From assembly GCA_964106915.2 (NCBI GenBank), contig OZ066919.1: a stretch of DNA of 64,000 bases; one strand, given 5' to 3'. The notes below the pieces were generated by a model. The model did not search any database and was not told the origin of the DNA. It saw nothing but the letters and a program-made list of their open reading frames with translations. The stretch comes from Podarcis gaigeae. Lineage: Eukaryota. Below, piece by piece: positions 23,462 through 36,231 of this stretch (positions are counted from its first letter, which is position 1; every line of letters starts with the position of its first letter). The translations under genes and the position numbers were made by a program.

Positions 23462-25819
23462 GAGAGGGGACTGGAGAGTTGATTATTCTTTCTGCTTGCA
23501 CCCTCTGATAGTTAGGGGATCCTCCAAAAAGAGTTGGGGCTGCAGGGCAAATCAGCAAAATGGTCTTCCCCTCTCTTTCACTGGATCAACTCATCTAAAA
23601 AGATTTGAATTTAACCCGTATATGTTTATTCTGACTTACCCCTCAAATTACAAAGACATGGAGATGGGAAAGTACTGCTTCTCTGTGCTATCATTTACAC
23701 ACCTAGATCCATATGTGCAATTGTTACCTTGGATTTTAAAAGCAATAATCTCATAGCTCTGGTTTATATACACAGGCACCATTCCAGCAGATATTAAGTA
23801 GGCCTGGTATGTGGCCCAATGCAATTTTGTTCCCCTAACCAGTTGTAGTCTTGCATAAACTCAACTCTGTTCCACTCAGAGGCAGTAACTGCCACTGTGA
23901 TGTTCTAAACTTCAAAGTTAAAAAAAAGAAGACGATAACTAAGGTCTATATATTACATTAAAGAGAGAAACAGCTCTTTTCAACGATCCTATGAACTGAT
24001 ACAAGGCAATTTTTAAAAGTACATAATAAGGAGGTGGGGAGAAACCAAGAAAAGAAAGTCATTTGTTTACTCCATGTTAAAGATAAAGAATGAGAAAACA
24101 CCACTCAACACAACTGACACTTGGCAAGCTAAGTCTTCATTGTTAAAATGTCCTTTATTCTGCTTCTTTTAAAAACTAAATCATAAACCACAAGGGAAAA
24201 TTAATCTACTTGATCAAGATGTGTGGCTGCCTGTCTGGCATCAAGAACACACTGCTGAGCTACAGAGATTTCACTTCATATCGATATAAATGCTAAATGA
24301 CTTCAAGCTTAGGAGGAAGTATTGCCTTGAGTTTAAGGCACAGGACCAGGAGTCAGCTGTCGTCTCATTTCATACTTTACCTGGGAGGGCAGACAAGCCA
24401 CTCATCTTTTCAGCATTTAACCACAACTTTGTAGTAAAAGACACACAGGCACCTTCTCTGTACCAGCTGATGGGCTGGTCTATATTCATACCCCAAATGT
24501 GCTTACCTAGCTGGCACAGTGCCAAAGCTCTCATTTTACTACAGAGCTTTGTTACTACATTTCTGAACATTTTGGGGAAAGGCTACAACGGGACAGCATT
24601 ACCCACTCGCACAGAGGAAAGAATAATTCCTCCTGGGAGAGCCACTGACTTACATGACCCTGGTATACATTGCAGAACAGTAAAATGGCATGGATGATGT
24701 AAACTCATCTGTAAGGCTGGTGCGTTGCATGATAACACAATGCGCATTTAGAAAAGTGTTTTTGGAAACTCAGTCAAGTTTAATTTAAAAGCTTAAAAAA
24801 AAATCTGCCAAAGGGGTGGGTGTTCCACAGGATTTCATGGAAGTAGCTGGTATATTTAATCTGCTTGAAAGCTCATTCTAAGCCACTCATTCGCAGAATA
24901 CCAAAACTATAATGTGCCTGTTCTCCAAGAGATGCCTATGCCCCATATCAGACAAGCCGTGACGTCAATGATGCGCTTCCTCTGTTTAATGCAAGGCATG
25001 TTCTTAAGCACCTCGCCGAAATGGGACTTTGTAAAATAGAGATCATATGTCTCTGGGATGTGGCAAGGCTGTATTCATAAATGTTTGCAAAGTACGCTCA
25101 GGTCCTCCGGTAATAGACACTAGAGAAATATTATTATCATTATTAAAGCCTTGAGATACATCAAGGCTTTATAGTTCACTCAAAAGCCTACCCCTAAGAC
25201 AAGGTGATGTGGATAAGGAAGAAAATGTAAAAAAATAAAAAATAAAATAAACATGAAGGCAGTTCATATCCAGATAGTTAAATAAAGGTTCTTCTCAAAG
25301 TGGTAGGGTGCTCACATGCCAATACCAAGAACAGTTCTGACTACAATCCTGTGCCCAGTAACTCAGATTGACGAGTTAATCTGACTGGGCAAAAAACTGC
25401 AGCCTTAATTTTTTTAATGGGGCTGACTAGTAAATGGGGCTCAATCTTTCCCCAAAGCCAGAGCTGAGGCCAAACCATGTGAAAAAAGGAGAGAACAGAG
25501 CATCTGCAGAGTGCATTCTCCTAACCACTGCATGGATAACTCTGTCCAACATGCATGGATAGCTCTGCCTCCCAGGAGCTGAGTGCAGCACCCACACAGA
25601 CCGAGGGGAGGAAAGTTGACATAACCCACAAGAGTTCCTTCATTCTCACCACAAGGCCAGGATGCTCTGGATCTGGATTTGGGAATTTGTTCTTGGTTCT
25701 GGGCCAGAAAGACAGAATAGGTATGTTGCTGGTGAACTGCCCACAAAGCTGCTTCATTGAGCTAAGGCGAATTAATAAATACCCCTTAGGGACATTGTAT
25801 GAGCACCTTAACATAAGAT

Positions 25820-26320
25820 AAATGCGGGTGTCCATTCCACCTTGTGTGCAGGCAAGCAAATCACTTAGCAATTGTGGTTTCCTATCTTTTGCAAACACTT
25901 CAAAATAGAGAGGTATGTATCTGTCACCCGTTATGGCAGACGGCTGGTTCTCCTCCACTGCAGCTCCTTCTGGTGTCACAGCCAACAGAAGTGCAACTGA
26001 AGTCCCCTTGGAGCCATGCCTTTTCTGCAATTGTACCTTTTATATGGAATCATTTCCCTCCTGAACTTGGGCAGGCAGGCACCATCTTTTATTCTATTTC
26101 GGCATCTCTTTAAACCACACTTATTTAACCAGGACTCTGAAGATGTGCAATTCCACTTTTTGTTCTTACTCCCCACCCCCGCCTGCTGCAGCTGAATTTT
26201 AGCCTATATACTGTTGTGCTTTTTATAGTTTATCATTTTTATCTTGCGTATTTTTAATATGAACACCACCGGGAGACTTCAGTAAAAAGGTGGTATATAA
26301 AAACATTTCAAATAAATGCA
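25820..26320 (+). mobile_element. Degenerate L2-type LINE 3' fragment
   Basis: Remnant motifs (gccttttctgcaattgtacc..tggaat..tccctcc; aaaaccacacttatttaaccagg) ending ggtatataaaa...aataaat. Similar pieces at ~2600-2900, 33465-33535 and 36040-36370. Confidence 0.55.
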
Positions 26321-26577
26321 TTTTTAAAATGCATAGTTTGTTCAGTGAGGCATTTTTGTAATCTGAAAGTGGCGGGTGGGGGGGGGAGTCTTTATCTTGC
26401 CAACAGCTTAAATGTCATACAACCAAAGAGAGGGCAAGAGACCTAATTTTGCTGAAAAGAACACAAAGCTGATATGGTCTCCTGCAAAAGGCCTTTTCAA
26501 GTCTTTCAGAAGAAATTTGCTAAATGGACCCCTTTGACAACTCTTTGCCATCAAAACAAATAATATGGGGGAGTTAC

Positions 26578-26631
26578 CTTGGGCAGGCTGTCTTGCATTG
26601 GTTCTTCTTAGCAGCTTTCCTGCTTGCTTTA
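26578..26631 (-). CDS. ITGB3BP: ITGB3BP exon (54 nt)
   Basis: ttttgttcctcag|TA ... CAA G|gtaact; (I)KQAGKLLRRTNARQPAQ; phase 1-1 fits both neighbours. Confidence 0.85.
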
Positions 26632-27075
26632 CTGAGGAACAAAATATATTTAGATATTGTGACAACTCTACTCATGTGATGCTAATATAGAAAAATGGTA
26701 CAAATGTGTTTTTTCTCTAACGTTCCAGGAAATTTTTCAATTAAAGAAAATACTGGATTGAATTCATAGTTCCTCAAGCAGAGTTCTACTCCCAGAATAG
26801 GGCACTCCCAGATCTCTGCTCTCCCTTTCCCCTGCAAACCTTTGTACATCAGAAAAATCAGAAGAAAACAATCACCTCCCTTTTTCTCACACACACTTCT
26901 GTAGACAAAAGTTCTGCTAAATCTTTTTGGACATGGCTAGCAGCAGAGTGCAATACTAGGGAGCAAGTCCCATTGAATACAGTTTCTTCTGAGTAAGACA
27001 CACTAGATTGTTAGGCCAAAAGTAAAACTAATGATATCCCTCAATACCTTCATTGAACAACAGGCTCAGGACACA

Positions 27076-27425
27076 ACACTGTAGCACCTAACTTCTAACC
27101 CAAGTTGATGAGGAACCATTAGTGTGGAAGTCTTTTGGTTTAGTCAGTCAACCAGCTACAAATCCACCTAACACTTACCTCGCCCAGCCCACATTTTAGC
27201 AGCTTCTCTGCAATGTTATTATGCGGGACTTTGTCAAAAGCCTTATTGAAATCAAGATACGCTACGTCCACAGCATTCCCCTGATCCACCAAGCTTGTAA
27301 TGCCATAAAAAAAAAGAAGAAATGAAATTGGTCCAGCATGACTTGTTTTTGAGAAGCCCATGCTGAGTCTTAGTAATCATAGCATCCTTTTCTAAGTGTT
27401 CACAGACTGATCACTTAATTATCAT
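27076..27425 (-). mobile_element. CR1 LINE reverse-transcriptase fragment
   Basis: Minus frame TSLVDQGNAVDVAYLDFNKAFDKVPH..KLLKCGL..VRWICSWLTD is the CR1 RT YLDFxKAFD region; frameshifted. Confidence 0.92.
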
Positions 27426-27841
27426 AATTATCAGTTCTAGGCCAAGCAAAACACTCAAAGAGGATGTGAAACAGGCTGAAGGGCAAGGGCATGGTGTTGG
27501 GAGAGTCATGAGGGCCAGACAGAGGCTTGGAGGGCCACATTTGGCACTTGGGCCTGAGGCTCCCTACTCCTGCTTATAGTAACTTGGATATAGAGACCCG
27601 TAATATAAATTCACTTGAGTTATACCAAGAGTGATCAGTAGTGTTACCACTTATCAATTATTTGTTTGCTTAATTATGTTGCTTAATATGAAGTACTCAA
27701 TATGGAAACTAATCTGTATTTCTGCAATACGTAATATTTCTAGGACACCTAGGCATGCTCATGTAAAACAAAGATTAAATATGTGAAAGGATGCACATTA
27801 ATTCTTTCACAAAAACAGAAATTATGAAAAGTCCTTCTTAC

Positions 27842-27935
27842 TTAGCTTTCTGGTTTTGCTCACTTCGCCTTTCAAGTTACCAGCGGATTCTGAAACACCG
27901 ATAATATTTTCAAGCTCTCTGGTGCCCTCTAAAGC
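27842..27935 (-). CDS. ITGB3BP: ITGB3BP exon (94 nt)
   Basis: tttttttcag|GCT ... CTA A|gtaaga; ALEGTRELENIIGVSESAGNLKGEVSKTRKL matches the CENP-R signature ALEGSRELENLIG. Confidence 0.97.
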
Positions 27936-29016
27936 CTGAAAAAAAAATTTTTTTTAAAAAAAAGCTAAATCTTAATGCCGAATCTTCTAACAAAACAGAA
28001 CTCTTAAAACCTCCCACTCTTTCTGCATCATTAGTTTAAATGGATGAAAAAAAATTCTATATTACTAACATTTGATATTAGAAATGGAATGCTTCTGTAT
28101 GCACAGTATGATCAACAGGTGTGAAGTTGGAAGTCTTGTCGCATCCTCACAATCTGAGCACATTATCGCTGAAGGACACAGCAGGCTGCCACTTTGCCTT
28201 TTCAGGCTGTTTGTTTGCCTGAATCCCGGTCAGTTCCCCTAGTTTACCCCAACTACTCTGTATCCAACCATGCCTTTCAATCAAAGGAAGTGTTGCCCTG
28301 ACTTTGGCTTCTAGCCTGGACCACAGAATCCATCCCAGCCTACCACCTCTGCTTTCTTTCCAGCCCTTAGGACACGACCCCACCCAGGATTCAGGTATAG
28401 AGTGGCGGGCAAAACAGGTGCCCTTAGGATACTCATAGGTGTGACCTCGTGGGGCAAATAGCAGCTGAAGAGGGGCAGTTTAAATCAGGAAACAGATATA
28501 AGGGAAAGTGTTAACATGCTTTTTTTAAAAAACAAAACTGTGGGAGATGCATGATCAAACTCCACAATCACACCTAGTTTGATCCTCACAGTGGAATCAG
28601 AAAACCAACTATTTTTCTGGGTAGAGGGTGGAGACTGACCTGAGAGAACAATAGCTAATAAAATTATAGGTATTGTTAGATGTGGGCAAACTTTTTGGCC
28701 CAGTAGGCCAATTAGCTATCTGTCCTGTGGGCTAACTTCCACCCACCTGTCAAAGTCTCTTGCATAACACTTTCCAAGTGCCCATCTGCCAGCTGGTTGT
28801 CGGATGCCTGGGGACTGCAGCGCAAGGGCTTTCTACAGACATAAGCTACACAATCATGTTGTCAGCTGCACAGATGATCCAGCTGCATCTCTACCTGCCC
28901 CGCACATGATGTCACATATGAAAAGTAGGCTAGGGAAAACAGCCTTGCAAGTCAAATTTGATCGGTGGACCAGAAGCTCCCCACCCCTGCTCTATAATGA
29001 AGATTGCAACAATTGA

Positions 29017-29017
<1 letters not shown>

Positions 29018-29061
<44 letters not shown>

Positions 29062-29062
29062 A
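29018..29062. repeat. (AAAG)n microsatellite
   Basis: About 11 units, ~33 nt from an ITGB3BP donor site. Confidence 0.95.
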
Positions 29063-29094
29063 TGAATCAAGGATCAAGATGGGGGAGAACAGAC

Positions 29095-29173
29095 CTGTAA
29101 ATTGGTTAGGTTTTGTCTGATTTTCATAAATCTGCCCAGAGAATCTTCAACTTCAGACTGCAGTATTAATAGT
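29095..29173 (-). CDS. ITGB3BP: ITGB3BP exon (79 nt)
   Basis: ctctttccttaag|A ... CAG|gtctgt; (K)LLILQSEVEDSLGRFMKIRQNLTNLQ, a coiled-coil segment that joins ALEG in frame. Confidence 0.93.
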
Positions 29174-29551
29174 CTTAAGGAAAGAGGGAAACAAGGAATT
29201 CTTTAAATTGATGGCATAATTTCTGAAACAAGAACAAAAATGAATAAAAACCAAGTAACACTGATATAGCTTTGCCGGCAACATCCCTCCCCTGGCTGTG
29301 AAATACTGTAACTTGTTGGTATATAACAGGTAAATAAGTCTAGGGTTTATCGTACATCAACCACTAGCAAAATGCACACATTTCTAGCATGTATAATTAT
29401 ACTAATTTCCCATCATTATCTTACCTCCTCCCTAAACTCCAGCATAGGGAGTCAGTTCCACCCACTTCTCATTGATAGTGCAAAGAAACCCATCAATACT
29501 CCTGCACAAGTTTCCAGCCCAGCCCAGTCCTACACATGGGACTCTTTAGGA

Positions 29552-29676
29552 CAGGGTTTCCCAAACCTAGGCCTTTGGACTACAACTCCCATCATCTCTA
29601 GTTAGCAGTACCAGTGGTCAAGGATGATGGGGATTGTAGTCCAAAAATGGCTGGAGCACAAGTTTGGGAAGCCCTG
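29552..29676. mobile_element. Hairpin hAT MITE with perfect 8-bp TSD
   Basis: TIRs cagggtttcccaaac / gtttgggaagccctg; TSD ctttagga at 29544-29551 and 29677-29684. Confidence 0.92.
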
Positions 29677-30280
29677 CTTTAGGAGACAGTAAAAAGCAGA
29701 TCAGGAATGGAAGGGGGGAGGAGAGAAGTGGAAAAACCAGTAGGATCATCCAAAAGGCTAGAGAGTGCACCAGAAGCACAAGATTGCATGAATAAATAAA
29801 GCAAAAGGATGAAGGCTGCTTAACTGGCAATGTAACTTGTTCTCTTATAGAACAGATTTTAATTGGAGTGACATAAGCCTGAAAGAACTGAAGCAGTGCC
29901 GTAGTACCAGGCAGCTCATTGAATAGACAGACAAATTGTATACAATAAATTCTGGGAAAGCTGGCTGCCATTTCTAAAATATTGTCAGGAAAATAATTAA
30001 CTCCCACAAAAACAAATTCAAGTAGGTTTTGATTTTTTTAGAAGAATTTTTGTGATTTTATGTTAATCTGCATTTACCTGTGTAACGTTGTGATAGAAAA
30101 CAAACATTTCTTAGGGTTTTTTAAAACTCAGTTTTGTTGATAATTAATAATTGCAAAAGGACTAAATAAAAAATACTCCCCAATATTGCTACAGCAGAAA
30201 CAGCTTTCCCAGAGGCTCTGTTGCAATTAAATTTGTGCCTCTCCATGCTTAGTTTAAACTATAGAATTAGGTAACATTAC

Positions 30281-30356
30281 TTTTCATAATCTTCCATTTC
30301 AGGATGCCCCCTTCTGGGTGATCTGATTAGCAAGTTACTACGTTTCTCTCTGTTTC
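30281..30356 (-). CDS. ITGB3BP: ITGB3BP exon (76 nt)
   Basis: tcttattcctag|GA ... AA|gtaatg; (G)NREKRSNLLIRSPRRGHPEMEDYE; phase 1 in and phase 2 out fit the neighbours. Confidence 0.87.
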
Positions 30357-30606
30357 CTAGGAATAAGACAGTCAAGAAATAAGAATTAACACACTATAAC
30401 CATCCTGTAGTTGAAGACAAAAATCAAAATAGTATAAAGATTTACCATCTTCTGCACAAAAGGTAAACATTAACTATTTTCTCTATACCCACCCCCTTTT
30501 CATTACAAATGCACTTTAACTTGACATTTAATCAATTACAGCTTTTCCTATAAACATCTTATGTTAGAAAGGAAAGCTACAAATACAAAAATAGAAATGG
30601 TAAAGT

Positions 30607-30644
<38 letters not shown>
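30607..30644. repeat. (TAC)n microsatellite
   Basis: About 12 units. Confidence 0.95.
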
Positions 30645-33067
30645 ACAGATTTAAGAGGTTAAAAAATTCCCAACATTCATTTCACTCCATAGCAATGTAA
30701 GATTGTTGGCAAATGCAATATATTATGTATTATTAATTTGGATGCTAGGTATATGAAAATATATGAAAGAACATGCTCAATAGCCACTATAATTTCCATT
30801 TGAAATTATTTCTTTACTAACCAAAGTTATATAGCTGCCCCATAAGATCAAACTCACAAAAGACACAGAACAATTGAAAACACTACTCTGAAGGATCCTA
30901 CGTAGTGACATGAGAATGGTGCAAGGGGTTGCAAGAGAAAAGAGTGAGGAGCAGAAAATGCCATCCTTGCCCAATATGCTAGTGGGGGGCTGCAATAGAT
31001 CCCAGCGCTCCCTGCAAACAGAATGAGCCCTTCCATTTGCAAAGGGTTAGTTGCTATGCAGTGCAATTTGCCTTAATATTGTTCTCTGTACATATCAATG
31101 TTCAACAAGACTATATATATATATATATATGAATGAGATTTTACTGGATTTTGTATTCGATCTCATTGCGAAGGCTCAAGGATAGAGGACAGACCAAAAC
31201 AAAGAGTGTAAATGAAAAAGCCCTTAGGGATATGGGGATATATGTGCGTGTGTATGTGTTTCAGGTCAAAATACATTTAGTGTAATAACAAGTGCAACTT
31301 GTATAATTGCACTTATACATCTATCAACAATAAAGCAGTGTTAACACTGTTGCAAGATAAAAAGAAAACATTAAATATATAGAAGACAACTCAGAATTCT
31401 AAGTCCTTACCACCATTTTGTAGCTTGGTGAAACTAGAAAAGGAAAGCTATTCCTACTTTACTGAATAATTATCCATCTAAATGTCAGCTGCGGACACGT
31501 GATCTCTCTTTTTATGTGCAAAAGGACTGTTCCCTTATGCCCATATTTAATTACAATATGGAAATATAGCACACACTCACCTTTGCCTTTGACATCCCGG
31601 CACACAGGCGTTTTACTCCTTCAGGCATTTCCCCCTTTTTTTGTCAGAAATGGCATGTGAAAAAAATCCAACAGATTTTTTTTCTTGTTTCACTTTCTCC
31701 CTCCCTCCTTCCTTTCCTCCCTCACACACAAACACAGAATCACATATGAACAGCGAAAGCAAAACTCATATAATATCATCAATAAAAGATTGGCTTGGGA
31801 AGTGGGGAGATAACAGCATTTGGAGTTTTCAAGTTGTATGTACACTTCACTGCTTTAAAATGTCAGTCAGTTTTCAGTTAACAGGGCAGAATCAGCAGAG
31901 CAAAGATGTTCTTTCACAAATGGTCATATTGTGTTTTTTATCCACAAGCAACTGGCTGCTTTGTGTAAAATGGCTGCATTTTGCAAAACGGCCTGTGATA
32001 TGCAATCAAATACAGATAGCGTCTCACTAAAAGTATCTAGATCAAGTAATATGGATTCCTAAACCAGGTCCTCTGCTTCCTCTTCTTCACCTCAACAGTA
32101 ACTCTTTTCTTGTATTATTCTGTGAAATTAAATCACAATGCATTTCTCATCTCATGCTAAAACAACAACACCCAAATTATTTGAGAGCAGGAGCAACACT
32201 TTAGTATACCTAGAAGACTGTTAGGTTTTCAAGTACTGGCAAAATGTGTTTGGTTCCGAAGGACAGGGAGCAGAGAGTAAGGTTAAATGGACACTTCTCC
32301 CAGCAAAGGGATATAAAGTTAAACTGTGGAATTAACTAGCGCAAGTAGTAACACCCACCAACTTCAAAAAAGGTTCCAAAACAGATGGAAGATAAGGTTA
32401 TCAATGGCTATATACTGCCTCCATGATCCCAGGCCCCATGCCTCTTAATACCAGTTGCTGGAAAACAACAATGCAAATCAGATATTGTCCTGCTTTTGGC
32501 ATCTGGTTGGTCACTGTGGGAAAAGGATGCTGGACAAAACAGGCCACTGGTCTGATCCACTAGGGCTCTTCTTATTTTCTTATGAGATAAGTGTTTTTTA
32601 TTTTTTTAAATTATGCCTTGTTGAACACCAAGATGCATGGAGAACAATATTAAGGCAAATTGCACTCGATAGCCACTAGCCATCTGCAAATGGAAGGATG
32701 CCTTCTGTTGACAGAGAGAGGCGGGATCCAGTAAAGATTCCCAAGTGGAGGATCCTTCAGGGCAGATTTTCCACAAACAAAAGTGGAGGGGAGAAGAGGG
32801 AACCATACTATTCCCCTTCTGCTGGTAGAAGTGCTTCATTAGTGGAACGGATGCTCCCTCCTATGATGACTTAGTTGAGGTATAAACCTTTGTGCTACCT
32901 TGTACTGCAAATGTTCACTGTAAAGAACTTGCATAAGCCTGAAAAAGATTGTGCATGTATGATGATGTAGACTGACGGTAAAAGGTTAGAAGATTTGCAC
33001 AAGATCAGACACACAGACAAATTAATGCAGGGTTCAGCATTATTAAAATATGATTAGCCATCATTAC

Positions 33068-33252
33068 AGGGCTCAGTGTCAGAGCATATAATTTGAATGC
33101 AGAAGGACCCAGGTTCAATCCTCACCATTTCTTATCAGGGCTGGGTGGGATCCCTGCCTGAAACCTTGGAGATCTGTTGCCAGTCAGTGTAGTCACCACT
33201 GAGCTAGGGAGACCGACGGTCACCCTATACACAAGGCAGCACCCTCAGTTCC
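33068..33252 (+). mobile_element. Old tRNA/L2-tail SINE (Squam3-like)
   Basis: gctcagtgtcagagcat...ccaggttcaatccc...gaaaccttggagatctgttgccagtcagtgtag...aaggcagc. Confidence 0.72.
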
Positions 33253-33967
33253 ATTGTACAGGGCAGGTAAGACCTTCTTTACTTTCCCCAATACAGATGC
33301 CAAACCTGTTAAATGTTATCATAGCAAGTTTCAAAGGGCAGGGAACTAGTAACAGCACAAACTCGCTGGATTAACAAACTCTGCCCACTCTACACAGTGA
33401 GAAATTTGGTTCCATTAAATTCAATGCCTGATTCCAGTTGTGTAGCTGGGGGGGGGGGGTGTCACACTGGGCCAGTACGTTTCCAAGCACAATTCAAAGT
33501 GTTGGTGCTGACCTTTAAAGCCCTAAACGGCCTCGGGGGGAGGCAGCGGGAAGACTCTGTGCAGGCTCTGCGCTGCTTGAAAAAGCAACACAGGCCCACA
33601 GGGCGCCCAAACAGAACACGGCAGCTCAGGAACTAGGACTCTGGCAGCACGCCCTGCCCTGCCAACAGCTTGCCATGCCCCCTATGCGCAGAACGCACAT
33701 GCTGCCCCAGGCGCCGAAGCGGCTAGTTATGCCACTGCTTGATTCTCCTCAGCGAGCAAAAGTAAGCAAAACTAGTCAGAGGAGAATTGTTGAAGAGGTT
33801 TGTGAAGGCTGCAGAAAAGCTGGACTTTACCATAAAGATCCAAATTCATATTCGTGGGTGGAAGGAATCAGAATTACCGAAGAAGACATAAATTACTAAA
33901 TAAAGAATTTGACTTGGTCAATAACCAGAAAAATTCTGCAATAAGTAGGAGAGAATGTTCAACTAAC

Positions 33968-34103
33968 CATTTGATAGACCATTTCCATGCTCTTGTACAT
34001 TACTGCTCCTGGGAGTTGAAAAAGGACTGATTGGGCACGTTCCTGTTGTTGGTGAATAAGACTTGAGATTCTTCTTACTCCTTGGCAATGGTGTTGCAGA
34101 CAC
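33968..34103 (-). CDS. ITGB3BP: ITGB3BP exon (136 nt)
   Basis: ttattctttag|GTG ... AAT G|gttagt; VSATPLPRSKKNLKSYSPTTGTCPISPFSTPRSSNVQEHGNGLSN contains the CENP-R YSPTTGTC and NGLSN motifs. Confidence 0.97.
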
Positions 34104-34641
34104 CTAAAGAATAATAAATAATGGTAACAAAACAACCTGTACAGGATTATTATGCAGTGTAAAGCACATTCATGTTTTCCTTTTCAACCTTGACAATATC
34201 CAATTCTGCCTTTATATTTCTAGTCAAGGCAGGCTATAGAATTCTCCTATAACAGATGTGGGGAATCATGCCTCTCGGTGCATTTTTAGGTATCCCACAC
34301 ACTTTAACACTTCAAAGCTCAAGTTCCTAGAACAAACTATGTTTCTAGTCCTTGTGCTGGTAACATGAGTTTCATGTTTAGTCCTTTATGCAAACAAAAA
34401 AGAATCAAATGATTTTCAAGCCCACCCATCTATTCCAAGGGACTAACACAAGATGTTAACTTTTTGTTTAACAATTCCTGATGAAGGAAAATAGCTACAA
34501 CACTCAGGGCCACCTATCACATTAGTGGAAAGAACAATCAAATGAAATGAGCAAACTACCTCTCATGTTCCAACTGAAATGGTCTTTTAGAAAGGTGACT
34601 CTGAAAGGTGAAGCTATATAAATAGCACAAAACTTGCCTTA

Positions 34642-34766
34642 TAGCAAGCCTTCCAGATGTTGCTGAACTCCAACTCCCATCAGCCTAAGTGCAAATGGCC
34701 AATGGTCAATAATTAAATAAGTTGTGATCCAAGAACATCTGGAAGACCACAGGTTCCCCATCCTTG
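34642..34766. mobile_element. Old hairpin MITE family (ccagatgtt..actcccat / tccaa..catctgg); further copies ~5010-5120, ~18033-18172, ~36508-36646
   Basis: Imperfect inverted arms shared by the four loci; boundaries approximate. Confidence 0.6.
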
Positions 34767-34839
34767 CCCTACAGTAAAACACTGCTGCTCCTTAATACTC
34801 CAGAACTATGACTGTAAATGCTCGGCGATTCCAAATTTT

Positions 34840-35216
34840 GAGAGCGGGTGGCGCTGTGGTCTAAACCACCTAGTCTCTTGGGCTTGCTGATCAGAAGGTT
34901 GCTGGTTTGAATCCACGTGACGGGGTGAGCTCCTGTTGCTCTGTCCCAGCTTCTGCCAACCTAGCAGTTCGAAAGCATGCCAGTGCAAGTAGGTAAATAG
35001 GTACCGCTGCGGCAGAAAGGTAAACAGTGTTTCCGTGTGCTCTGGCTTCCATCACAGTGTTCTGTTGAGCCAGAAGCGGTTTAATAATGCTGGCCACATG
35101 ACCCAGAAAGCTGTCTGTGGACAAACGCCAGCTCCCTCAGCCTGAAGCAAGATGAGTGCCGCACTTCATAGTCGCCTTTGACTGAACTTAACCATCCAAG
35201 GCTCCTTGATCTTTAC
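34840..35216 (+). mobile_element. Sauria SINE, older copy
   Basis: gcgggtggcgctgtggtctaaaccac head, ccaacctagcagttcgaaagca core, decayed tail, many CpG transitions. Confidence 0.92.
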
Positions 35217-36185
35217 ATGTTTTGTATAAATACTAGGTTTGGTGTGAAAATATTAGTGGATTAGCCTACCAATCCTCAATTTATAACACAGCAGCCTCGT
35301 ATTTAAACCACTAGCCTAGAAGTAATAGGCAGGAAGAAACTGCATGTAGACAAGTGAGCAGGTGAAAAAAGGATGAAGAGCTTCATCACTCCCTCTGCAC
35401 TGAGCACAGATGCCAAGTGGACTGCCAGAGAAGAAAATCCCCTCTTTCATGACTAGTACAGGGCTACTGCAAGAAGGGAAGAGCTTGCCTTCCTTCCTCT
35501 GCCAACCCCCAGCAGACTAATAAACTTTTTTCTTTTTTTCTTTTTTTCTGCAAACTAGTGACTTCTGTGGTCTCATGTATAAGGCTGCAATATAGCCATA
35601 TTCTGTTGAATTGCTTGTGGCCTATTTGGGTGACTCCATAGATGTAGGCCTAATGTAAACATCACCCATGCACTGGATCCTACGTCACATCAGCAAAATC
35701 TGAATGAAAGAATCACTTGGGAACTAGCCACTTTAAGCCCCATGAGTCACCAAAGGGGTACAGCATTGGCATGGCTCTTCCCAAATGACCCGCTCATCAA
35801 AATAATCCCTGCCAACAGTATGGCATGAGATGCAGAAAATGTGCTACACCTGGAGTAAGTTAAAAATATATATTTTAGTATTTTGCAGACTGATAGATTG
35901 GTGTTATTTATAACCCGATTCTAAAACAAATCTTCCAAAGCAAACTTGAGTTAAAAGAAATATACTATTAGGAACAAGACAATCAGGTAAAACACTAAAA
36001 ATAGATCAGACAGCTGTAAAATCACAAGTTCAGGTATACTGGAGTACTGTTTGCACAGGACTATGGAGTTGGAGTACCTGGGAGCCTTCCCATGGAAGCT
36101 TGCCTGAAGCCATCTTTGGGCTCTTTTCAACATCAGGTACTTATGTAGTGTGGACCCTTCAATTTTAAGCCTGTGTCTTCATTTG

Positions 36186-36195
36186 GTGTGTGTAC

Positions 36196-36229
<34 letters not shown>
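36186..36229. repeat. (TG)n microsatellite
   Basis: Directly visible, one interruption. Confidence 0.95.

Positions 36230-36231
<2 letters not shown>

Noticed and set aside
22879-23756. Overlapping 140-167 aa ORFs
   Set aside because: They coincide with the GC-rich non-autonomous hAT element at 23120-23461, with no transposase or other recognisable motif.
31575-31660. Strong minus-strand donor AAG|gtgagt at 31581, suggesting an extra ITGB3BP exon
   Set aside because: No polypyrimidine acceptor upstream, and the phase-1 frame contains TGA; the flanking exons already join in frame.
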